Source: Flavobacteriaceae bacterium
Lineage (GTDB): Bacteria; Bacteroidota; Bacteroidia; Flavobacteriales; Flavobacteriaceae
DNA length: 64,000 nucleotides
Direction of reading: 5' to 3'
Assembly (NCBI GenBank): GCA_024763365.1
Contig: JANTFO010000001.1
Span: 14,241 to 78,240, forward strand
The notes beneath the pieces were generated by a model. That model was not told the DNA's origin and did not search any database. It worked only from the letters and a program-made list of their open reading frames with translations. Position 1 is the first letter of the stretch. Each line of letters begins with the position of its first letter. The position numbers and the translations under genes are program-made. Below are positions 45,158 to 53,247 of this stretch, in pieces.

Positions 45158-45182
45158 TTATAAAGATGTAATGAAACAAACA

Positions 45183-45237
45183 ACTTAGTAACTACTTAGT
45201 GCCCACTTAGAACCTACTAAGCACCCACTTAGTTCAC
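45183..45237. repeat. five phased 11-mers (acttagNNNNN) ending 5 nt before a start codon
   Basis: acttagtaact acttagtgccc acttagaacct actaagcaccc acttagttcac, then catcg and the ATG at 45243. Confidence 0.9.
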
Positions 45238-45242
45238 CATCG

Positions 45243-46412
45243 ATGAAATATCCAATACTCATATTAGTCTTTTACATTTCCTTATCACACCTGTGGGGCC
45301 AGGAAGATACCCCTTCTTGGTGGCAGGAAAAAAATAGTATTAAGGCCTATGTCAAGTATATGAATAGCAGTAGTTTTGAAAACCTGAATTTCGTTCTTAA
45401 TGATAATTTGATCCATCAAAGACTGCGTTGGGATACTTACTGGAACGATCATTTTTCCAGTACTTTGTCTTTTAGAAACCGGATATTTTGGGGAAATACG
45501 GTTAATATAACATCCAATTATGCAAGTATTTTAGATAATAACAACCAACCAATTGATATGGATTGGATTCTTATTGATAAACCTGCTCTGGTGATGCATA
45601 CGCAAATCGACCGATTGTATCTTTCTTATGTGACCGACAAATGGTCTGTGAATTTGGGTAGGCAACGTATTAATTGGGGCAAGAATCTAGCGTGGAATCC
45701 CAATGACCTGTTCAACGCTTATTCTTTCTTTGATTTTGATTATGAAGAACGTCCCGGTGTGGATGCGGTTAGGCTGGAATATTATTTGTCCGGTGATAGT
45801 AGTTTGGAAACGGCCATAAATTATACAGAACATTGGTCAGAAAATACTTTGGCCTTAAAATATAATTTCCACTTAATTAATTATGATATACAGGTTTTAT
45901 TGGCAAAATACCAACAGGATATAGCTGCCGGATTTGGTTGGGAGGGTGCCATTAAAAATGTGGGTGTCAAAGGGGAAGTTAGTTATTTTTCACCTTATGG
46001 ATCAGAAAGTGAGGAGAAAGAAGTATGGGTATGGGCTGTTTCTGTGGATTACTACTTTAAAAATGGCTGGTCAGCAAGCCTCGGAAATTTATATACGAGT
46101 AATGGCTTGGATAATAACGATTTAGACCTGTCACTCTTAACGAACTTTGAACAATCCGCCAAAAGGCTGATGCCTAATAAGAATTCTTACTTTTTACAAT
46201 TTGGCAAACCTTTAACACCCGCTATCAGCACCTCTTTGTCTACTATCTATGCAAAAGAGTTTGACGGTTTTTATTTTATGCCACAGTTTAGTTATGGCAT
46301 AGCCCAAAACTGGGACCTGGATCTGGTAGGACAACTTTTTTACACATTAAAAGATACTGACTCTTTTAATAAAAGTCAGGCTGTAAACATCAGATTTAGG
46401 TGGAGTTATTAA
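45243..46412 (+). CDS. hypothetical outer-membrane beta-barrel (porin-like) protein
   Basis: 389 aa with a signal peptide, alternating amphipathic strands rich in Y/W/N/G and a C-terminal ...RFRWSY aromatic terminus. No family was recognised. Confidence 0.4.
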   Translation: MKYPILILVFYISLSHLWGQEDTPSWWQEKNSIKAYVKYMNSSSFENLNFVLNDNLIHQRLRWDTYWNDHFSSTLSFRNRIFWGNTVNITSNYASILDNNNQPIDMDWILIDKPALVMHTQIDRLYLSYVTDKWSVNLGRQRINWGKNLAWNPNDLFNAYSFFDFDYEERPGVDAVRLEYYLSGDSSLETAINYTEHWSENTLALKYNFHLINYDIQVLLAKYQQDIAAGFGWEGAIKNVGVKGEVSYFSPYGSESEEKEVWVWAVSVDYYFKNGWSASLGNLYTSNGLDNNDLDLSLLTNFEQSAKRLMPNKNSYFLQFGKPLTPAISTSLSTIYAKEFDGFYFMPQFSYGIAQNWDLDLVGQLFYTLKDTDSFNKSQAVNIRFRWSY

Positions 46413-46482
46413 TATGTTAGATATTTATTGAAATACTAATTATAGTGAATAGTTTAAGGCAAACTGAAGTTTGTCAACTAAA

Positions 46483-47181
46483 CTACTCCTTCTCAACCAA
46501 TCTAAATCCTTCTCCGTGGATGTTAATAATCTCTACTTGCTTGTCTTTGCTTAAGTACTTACGTAACTTGGCGATATATACATCCATACTCCTGGAAGTG
46601 AAGTAGTTGTCATCACGCCATATTTTGGTTAAGGCCAACTCTCGTGGCATCAGGTCGTTTTTATGTTGAGCCAACATCTTGAGAAGTTTATTCTCTTTAG
46701 GTGACAGTTTTTGCGGTTCACCTCCGTCATAGATCAATTGCCTTAATTTAGAATTGAAATCAAATTTCCCGATTTTAAATTCGAATACTTCATCTTCTTG
46801 TCCGGATTCTTGTTCTTTACGTTGGAAAATAGCTTTAATCTTATACAATAAAACTTCTGAATCAAAAGGTTTAGTTAAATAATCGTCAGCACCTACTTGA
46901 TAACCCCTAAGGATATCCTCTTTCATAGTTTTGGCTGTCAAAAACACTATAGGTACCGTGGTATTTGTTTTTCTAATATCCTCAGCTAAAGTAAAGCCAT
47001 CTTTACGGGGCATCATCACATCGAGTATACATAGGTCGAAGTCATTGTTTTTAAAGAAAACAAATCCTTCCAGGCCATCTTTGGCTAGCGTCACTTCAAA
47101 GTTATTTAAACTGAGATAATCTCTTAAAACGTTTCCGAAATTCGGATCGTCCTCTACTAATAAGATGCGTTTGTTTTTCAT
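46483..47181 (-). CDS. OmpR-family response regulator
   Basis: 232 aa with a receiver domain (ILLVEDD..., DLCILDVMMP, ...LTAK) and a winged-helix output domain. Confidence 0.93.
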   Translation of the reverse strand: MKNKRILLVEDDPNFGNVLRDYLSLNNFEVTLAKDGLEGFVFFKNNDFDLCILDVMMPRKDGFTLAEDIRKTNTTVPIVFLTAKTMKEDILRGYQVGADDYLTKPFDSEVLLYKIKAIFQRKEQESGQEDEVFEFKIGKFDFNSKLRQLIYDGGEPQKLSPKENKLLKMLAQHKNDLMPRELALTKIWRDDNYFTSRSMDVYIAKLRKYLSKDKQVEIINIHGEGFRLVEKE

Positions 47182-47230
47182 AATTATTTGGGTTTAAAAC
47201 CTGTCTACTGTGACAGGCAAGGTTCATAAT

Positions 47231-48796
47231 TTATATCACTGCCAGTTGAATACTAAAAGTACTCCCTTTTCCTTTTTCACTCTCTACATGAATACTGCCT
47301 TGGTGCATGTCAATAATCCGCTTTACATAGGATAAGCCTAACCCATGTCCTTTTACATTATGCACATTTCCGGTTTCTTCACGGTAAAATTTATCGAAAA
47401 TATATTTTTGTGTGTGTTTACTCATCCCGATACCATTATCTGTAATAGAAATAATGATGCTATTAGTTTTATTTTCGGTTTTGATCTTTATTTTAGGAAT
47501 GTCAGTAGTGTACTTGATGGCATTGTCTAACAAGTTGACAAAAACGTTGGTAAGGTGAAAGGCATTACCCACTACTTCCGTTTGAATGGCTTCGGCTTGA
47601 AAATCAATTTTTCCTTTTCTGTCATGTAATAATAAACCCAGGTGAGTCATAGCTTCTTCAATGATCTCATGTATATCTACCACATCTTTGCTGACATCCA
47701 ATTGGTTTTTTTCTAATTTTGAAATGCGTAAGACGGTCTCTACCTGTGCATGCATACGTTTATTCTCCTCTCTTATCATACCCACATATTGCATGACTTT
47801 TTGTTCATCATGGATCACTTGTGGGTTTTTAATAGCATCCAGAGCCAAATTAATGGTGGCAATAGGTGTCTTAAACTCGTGGGTCATATTGTTGATAAAA
47901 TCCGTTTTTATCGCAGCGATCCGTTTTTGTTTTTTTAATTGGTATAAGGTAATGGCAAAAACACCTATAATACTCAAAATGAATAGGATAGACAATATCA
48001 GGTTTTTGGATATATTAGAAATGATGTATTGTTTTTTTTCAGGGAAATTGACATAGAGTTCATAGTTTGTCGTGCCTTTTTCATCGTTAAATATCGGCGT
48101 ATTATAAGTTTTCCCTTTTTTAATCTTGAAATAACCCGATTTGACAGAAGTTAACATATTATTGTCATAAATAGCAAATTGAAAAGGCGTGTCAATACCC
48201 CATTTTTCAAATTGTAATTTTAATTTGTCTTCCAATTCCTGACTGCTAATCCTTGTATTTATCGGGGTTCTTTTAATGTTTTCATATAGCAAGTCTTTGT
48301 AGAATTCTTTATCAAGAGAAGTAAGTTCACTAAATCGCTGAGAGTGTTCTTCAGGAGAAAGTGCTTTGATATCATCTTCATTGATATAATGCCTGCTGAT
48401 AAGTACATCTTTCTTACTAAATGTCCGTTTAAGGGTCAGGCTATCTTGGTCAAAAAACTCAGTAGGGACTTTATATTTTTGTTCTAAAATGGTGTGGGCA
48501 TAGGTGAATTTTTCATTTCGGGTGGTGTCTATTTGCTCGTAAATGATCCTTGAAATATCAGCTTTACTGGCTAAATCACGGTCTTTGACCACATTATTAA
48601 ACTTTTGAAAGTAATATTTTAATTCTTTGTTTTCTATGTTTTTAGCAACCATTTCTATAGCTGCAAACACATCTCGAGAAAACTGTTTTTCACGTATTTG
48701 CATGGCGTTACGGATCCATGAAATCTGAACAATTATAATCCCTATGAGTGCAGCACTCATGACACTTACAATTAAGATGAAAGTAGACTTTTTCAT
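47231..48796 (-). CDS. sensor histidine kinase
   Basis: About 521 aa from the ATG at 48796, with two TM segments flanking a periplasmic domain, H-box MTHEFKTP, N-box NLLDNAIKY and G-box GHGLGLS. Confidence 0.9.
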   Translation of the reverse strand: MKKSTFILIVSVMSAALIGIIIVQISWIRNAMQIREKQFSRDVFAAIEMVAKNIENKELKYYFQKFNNVVKDRDLASKADISRIIYEQIDTTRNEKFTYAHTILEQKYKVPTEFFDQDSLTLKRTFSKKDVLISRHYINEDDIKALSPEEHSQRFSELTSLDKEFYKDLLYENIKRTPINTRISSQELEDKLKLQFEKWGIDTPFQFAIYDNNMLTSVKSGYFKIKKGKTYNTPIFNDEKGTTNYELYVNFPEKKQYIISNISKNLILSILFILSIIGVFAITLYQLKKQKRIAAIKTDFINNMTHEFKTPIATINLALDAIKNPQVIHDEQKVMQYVGMIREENKRMHAQVETVLRISKLEKNQLDVSKDVVDIHEIIEEAMTHLGLLLHDRKGKIDFQAEAIQTEVVGNAFHLTNVFVNLLDNAIKYTTDIPKIKIKTENKTNSIIISITDNGIGMSKHTQKYIFDKFYREETGNVHNVKGHGLGLSYVKRIIDMHQGSIHVESEKGKGSTFSIQLAVI

Positions 48797-49133
48797 GTGT
48801 TTATTATTCTGTTTTTTTATAAGTAACACATGGAATCACCATAATCAAATCTCTGTGTGTAAAGAAAATTATACATGGTGGTTTCATTGTTCAAATGTAA
48901 CTTTTTACTTGTTAAAAAATTTAATATTTTAGATAAAATTAACGCAATAATCGTGCTATTAACTGAAATTTAAGAAAAAACTACTAAAATATTGAAAATA
49001 TATCAATGAAGCTATGATTGGTTAACTATCTCAAATTTTGAAAATTGAGACATATAAAGTGGATTTTAGTAATAAGAAAACTTCCTTTATCGATCAGAGT
49101 CTAGAAAACTCATTTGTATCAAAAAATATGATT

Positions 49134-49727
49134 CTATATTGAACTAAGGTCCAACAATTTTTCGTATACATTATCAATAGATTTTTTGGTTTTATCCCAA
49201 TCTATATTTTCTATGACAAAATCAGCAAGTGCTACTTTTTTTTCTTCCGGCCACTGATTATGTATTCGTTCTTGTACTTGCTCTGAGGTGATTTGGTCTC
49301 TATGCATCACTCTATTTATACGCTCTCTCAAAGGGGCAGTAACACAAATTACATAATCACAAAAGCGGTCACTTTCACTTTCATATAGAATGGCGTTTTC
49401 AAAAATGACTAATTTTTCGTGTTTCAATGAATTTTTGAATTCTTGAAAATCCTTAAAAACTACGGGATGAACTATTGCGTTGAGCTTGGCTAATGCTATA
49501 GGGTTTTTGAATACAATATCCGCAAGATAAGCTGTATTGAGTTTATCTTTAAGATAGCTGCTTTCTCCAAAAGTACTGATAATGTTTTTTTGAAGTTCGG
49601 TTGAGTTTTGCATTAGTTTTTTGGCCTCAATATCAGCGATATAGACCGGTACATTTTTTTTGATGAATTCGTGTAGCACTTTTGTTTTACCACTTCCTAT
49701 ACCTCCTGTTAATCCTACTACCAACAT
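49134..49727 (-). CDS. coaE: dephospho-CoA kinase
   Basis: 197 aa with P-loop GLTGGIGSGKT. Confidence 0.92.
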   Translation of the reverse strand: MLVVGLTGGIGSGKTKVLHEFIKKNVPVYIADIEAKKLMQNSTELQKNIISTFGESSYLKDKLNTAYLADIVFKNPIALAKLNAIVHPVVFKDFQEFKNSLKHEKLVIFENAILYESESDRFCDYVICVTAPLRERINRVMHRDQITSEQVQERIHNQWPEEKKVALADFVIENIDWDKTKKSIDNVYEKLLDLSSI

Positions 49728-49728
49728 G

Positions 49729-50685
49729 TTAATCTTGTTTTATTAAATAGCGTACAGCAGCAGGTTGCAAGCTATATTTCTTAATGAAGTCAGGTTTTTT
49801 AGTCACTTTTAAATCTAGCATTTCTCGGTCTAGAACACTATCTGTTAAGTCACAGCTAATTTCAAAACTGTTTTTATCTATTAAATGATAGTTTTCAAAA
49901 GCTACTTCAAAAGTAATATGCGTTTTTTTAGGGATGAGGATGATCTGTGTACCTACATCTGTATCTGGCACTTTAATGAGTATTTCTTTGGTGGCTTGTG
50001 TAAATTTGGCGATTTTTCCACTCACTTTTATCCTCTTATCTGAATACTCAATGGGTTCTTTATAATTTGGTAATTCCAATGCTACATCAAAAGTAAAGTC
50101 TTTAGATACGTCATCTTTTACTATAGTTTCAGTTTTTAAGAACGCTATCTCCTCAAGAATGTTTTTAGGTCCTGTAAGTAAAATACTATCCGGTTGAAAT
50201 TGAATAGCTTGTGTTAATTTATAGCCGGGTTTATATGTAATATTTGTTTGTAATTGGACAGGAACTTTTTTACTTCTCAATGGATTGAGCCTTACGAACA
50301 AAGTATCATTTTCTATTTGATTGATTTTGGAAGTAAGCTGTTTTTCAACTTGTAACTTGTGATTGGCAGGGATGAAATAGTAAAGGTCAGCATCAAGATT
50401 TTTGAAATCTTCAACTGATATTTTTATTCTTTTGGTTTTTAATTTGTGATTCAGTATTTCAAACCCCGTGGCTTGTAAAAGTACATTTATCTTAGAGATG
50501 CTAATGTCCTGAAAAATAACATCTTGAGGTAGGTCAGTATATTGTACTTCAAAGGAAGTAAAGTAATTGTACTTTTCTGACAAACTGGAAAACAGCCAAA
50601 ATATAAAGGACAAACCCAAAAACAGGAGAAAAACCCGCGCTTTTGGGCTGTTAAAAAATTTGCTATTTATTTTTTTTGCTGGCAT
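49729..50685 (-). CDS. YbbR-like domain-containing protein
   Basis: 318 aa with an N-terminal anchor and repeated YbbR-like beta modules. Conserved position between yajC and coaE in Flavobacteriia. Confidence 0.6.
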   Translation of the reverse strand: MPAKKINSKFFNSPKARVFLLFLGLSFIFWLFSSLSEKYNYFTSFEVQYTDLPQDVIFQDISISKINVLLQATGFEILNHKLKTKRIKISVEDFKNLDADLYYFIPANHKLQVEKQLTSKINQIENDTLFVRLNPLRSKKVPVQLQTNITYKPGYKLTQAIQFQPDSILLTGPKNILEEIAFLKTETIVKDDVSKDFTFDVALELPNYKEPIEYSDKRIKVSGKIAKFTQATKEILIKVPDTDVGTQIILIPKKTHITFEVAFENYHLIDKNSFEISCDLTDSVLDREMLDLKVTKKPDFIKKYSLQPAAVRYLIKQD

Positions 50686-50735
50686 AAAGCTTTTTAAATA
50701 GCCATCCTTGTAAATATATATTCGAGCTTCAGCTA

Positions 50736-51035
50736 TTATTTATTTTCACTCGTTTCTTTCGCGTATTTTTTACTCATTTCCATAGAGATCGCAGCTCGCT
50801 CAAATTTGATTTTTCCTGCTTGAGTTTCGAGAATTACCGTATTATCATTTTCATTGATATCTACGATCTTGCCGTGCATTCCACTATTCATTACTACTCT
50901 TGAACCTTTTTGAATTGTGCTTTGGAAATTTTTTTCCTGCTTTTGTTTCTTGATCTGTGGACGGATCATAAAAAGGTATATCACTACAAAAAGTAGTAAG
51001 AAGGGCAACATGCCGCTGTTTAAAATTTGGTCCAT
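50736..51035 (-). CDS. yajC: preprotein translocase subunit YajC
   Basis: 99 aa with a single TM followed by ...MIRPQIKKQKQ...GSRVVMNSGMHGKIV... Confidence 0.9.
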   Translation of the reverse strand: MDQILNSGMLPFLLLFVVIYLFMIRPQIKKQKQEKNFQSTIQKGSRVVMNSGMHGKIVDINENDNTVILETQAGKIKFERAAISMEMSKKYAKETSENK

Positions 51036-51040
51036 ATTTT

Positions 51041-51535
51041 TTATTTTATGTAATTTATTTGTTGCTTGTTTTGATCTTTATTTTTATCAACATTGACGAA
51101 ACCTTTAACAGTAAGCCTTTCCTGTCCTTCTAAGGTATTGGTAAATATTGTTACGGTTTTATTTTGCTTATTGGATTTTCCTTTGGAATTAAAAAGTACT
51201 TTGATCTCTCCCTCTTCACCTGGCTTGATGGGTACGTTTTTTGGATATTCTGGGACAGTACATCCACAGGAAGCTTTTGCATTAGAGATGATCAGATCAC
51301 TTTCTCCTGTGTTTTTAAACACAAAAGATCCTTCCGTTTTTTCACCTTGTTGAATTGTCCCAAAGTCGAATTCACGATTTTTAAAGTAAATTTTGGGTAA
51401 GCCTTTTACTTCTTTTTGGTCACGCATTTTGGCTTGCTCCAATTTATCATTCTTAATTCTCTTGGCTGCATTTTGCTTGCATGAAGTTAAACTAAGACTC
51501 AAAAAAATGAGTAATAGTAAAGATAAATTTTTCAT
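51041..51535 (-). CDS. DUF1573 domain-containing lipoprotein
   Basis: The ATG at 51535 gives MKNLSLLLLIFLSLSLTSC (lipobox). DUF1573 core FVFKNTGESDLII...SCGCTVP. The track start at 51562 is also possible. Confidence 0.8.
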   Translation of the reverse strand: MKNLSLLLLIFLSLSLTSCKQNAAKRIKNDKLEQAKMRDQKEVKGLPKIYFKNREFDFGTIQQGEKTEGSFVFKNTGESDLIISNAKASCGCTVPEYPKNVPIKPGEEGEIKVLFNSKGKSNKQNKTVTIFTNTLEGQERLTVKGFVNVDKNKDQNKQQINYIK

Positions 51536-51636
51536 TTCTAAAGGTAGTTTTAAATAATTCATCGCAAAAGTACATGAATTTTTTTATTTGTTATAAATAC
51601 AAAGCCATAACTTAATTACATTATGCTAAAAAGTAA

Positions 51637-52581
51637 TTATAGCAAACCTCGCCCTGTTTTATTGATAAGATTTTTATCTTGATAAGTTTGTCTTAAGCTA
51701 TCCAAAACGCCATTGATAAAAGTACTGCTTTTGTGGGAGGCATATTCTTTGGCAATTTCAATATATTCATTGATGCTTACTTTGGTTGGGATTGAAGGGA
51801 TATGTATAAATTCTACAATACCCATAACGATCATAATTTTATCGACTAAAGTGATTCGTTCACTGTCCCAATTGGGTGTTTTTTCATTAATATCTTTCTC
51901 ATATTTTGTGAAATTAAGAACTGTCTTCCTGAATAAATCTAGGGCGAATTCTTGATCATCCAGATCTTTAAAAAGAGAGTCGGGCTTATATTCCTTTGAC
52001 TTGCCCATATGTTCCAAATTATTGTATATCCAAGTGTTGATGTAAGGAATATCAGAAGCCCAACTGATCACTTCATCTTCATAAAAACTACTTAAGGCTT
52101 CAGAAGGAGCCACATAATTCTTATAAAGATATTTAAGGATTTTTTTATCGGCAGCGAAGTCTGTTTTATCAAGCTCTAAATAGCTTAAAAATTCTTTGTC
52201 CTTAATTATCTGATTCCAAACCAAATGGACCAATTCAGCATGTGCTTCCCACTTTTCGGAGTAAATATTTTTATTTAATGTATTTTGAAATTCATACAGG
52301 GCTTTTCTCATTTTAACCAAAAGCCTGTTTTGCATAAAATTTTTACTTCGAAAAAGAGCTGAGTTGGTAGGAATATATTTGTTTTGAGAAGCATTATAAA
52401 AAGCTTTGGCTTTATCCTGAAGAGCTATTAAGAAAAAGTTTTGGTAGAGGTAGAGATTGTGAAGCGCTTCAATACTTTGGACGAGATAGCCTTCGGATCT
52501 ATCTAAATTTTGTTCTTCGGAAACTATGTAGGCAAAGGCATTTTGCATGACTTTGATACGAATATGTCTGCGATTGATCAT
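51637..52581 (-). CDS. nusB: transcription antitermination factor NusB (long Bacteroidota form)
   Basis: 314 aa. N-terminal INRRHIRIKVMQ..., with the NusB fold in the C-terminal third (...INEYIEIAKEY...FINGVLD). Synteny with yajC and coaE. Confidence 0.85.
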   Translation of the reverse strand: MINRRHIRIKVMQNAFAYIVSEEQNLDRSEGYLVQSIEALHNLYLYQNFFLIALQDKAKAFYNASQNKYIPTNSALFRSKNFMQNRLLVKMRKALYEFQNTLNKNIYSEKWEAHAELVHLVWNQIIKDKEFLSYLELDKTDFAADKKILKYLYKNYVAPSEALSSFYEDEVISWASDIPYINTWIYNNLEHMGKSKEYKPDSLFKDLDDQEFALDLFRKTVLNFTKYEKDINEKTPNWDSERITLVDKIMIVMGIVEFIHIPSIPTKVSINEYIEIAKEYASHKSSTFINGVLDSLRQTYQDKNLINKTGRGLL

Positions 52582-52744
52582 GTAAAGAACTTTCTTGGAT
52601 TATTTTAGAATGCAAAAGTACACAGTTTTGTGAAATGTCATGATGTTATGAGCTAAATATAGTTCTTAAAATTTAAATTCTTATTTAAATAATAAGATAA
52701 ACACACTTTTTTTATGAAAAAGTACGGCATTAAAAGATTTTTTA

Positions 52745-52752
52745 TAGCTTTG
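52745..52752 (+). promoter_or_regulatory. candidate -7 box (TAgcTTTG) for the DUF3276 gene
   Basis: tagctttg lies 46 nt upstream of the ATG at 52798. Confidence 0.3.
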
Positions 52753-52797
52753 CTGCAACTAATATTACAATAGTAATTAATTAAATTATAACAAATT

Positions 52798-53169
52798 ATG
52801 AACGATAGTAAATTTCAAGAGCAAGAAGAAATTTTCTCTCAAATTATGAGAGCAGGAAGGAGAACTTACTTTTTTGATGTAAGAGAGACCAAAGCAGGTG
52901 ATTATTATTTAACCATTACAGAAAGTAAAAAATTTACTAATGAGGATGGCTCATTTCACTTTAAAAAACACAAGATCTTTTTATACAAAGAAGACTTCCA
53001 GGAATTCAGAGAGCATTTAGACCAAGCTACCGATTTTATTCTTAAAGAAAAAGGTGAAGAGGTTATTTCTGAGCGCCATCAAAAAGATTTTGTAAAACCT
53101 TCTGAAAAAGCAGAAGAGAAAGAAGGTGATACAGAAAACTTTACTGATGTAGATTTTGAAGATATATAG
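52798..53169 (+). CDS. PUR-alpha-like DNA/RNA-binding protein (DUF3276)
   Basis: 123 aa. RAGRRTYFFDVRETKAGDYYLTITESKK...HKIFLYKEDFQEF is the DUF3276/PUR repeat pattern. Confidence 0.8.
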   Translation: MNDSKFQEQEEIFSQIMRAGRRTYFFDVRETKAGDYYLTITESKKFTNEDGSFHFKKHKIFLYKEDFQEFREHLDQATDFILKEKGEEVISERHQKDFVKPSEKAEEKEGDTENFTDVDFEDI

Positions 53170-53191
53170 TTAAAAACTTGTTATCAAATGC

Positions 53192-53222
53192 AAAAAAGCC
53201 ACCTGAGAAGGTGGCTTTTTTT
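53192..53222. terminator. bidirectional Rho-independent terminator between convergent genes
   Basis: A-run, stem gccacc / ggtggc around the loop tgagaa, then a T-run. Confidence 0.75.
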
Positions 53223-53247
53223 GTCATAAGAACTTTTGAATATGTTA

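Noticed and set aside
41632-45242. Whether the short tandem arrays could be CRISPR arrays.
   Set aside because: The units are 7-11 nt and directly contiguous, with no unique spacers. The arrays are under 130 nt, and there are no cas genes anywhere in the window.
46413-46482. Hairpin tagtttaaggcaaac tgaa gtttgtcaactaaacta between the convergent barrel and response-regulator genes, considered as a bidirectional terminator.
   Set aside because: The stems are short and interrupted, and there is no flanking T-run. The evidence is too weak to list it as a feature.
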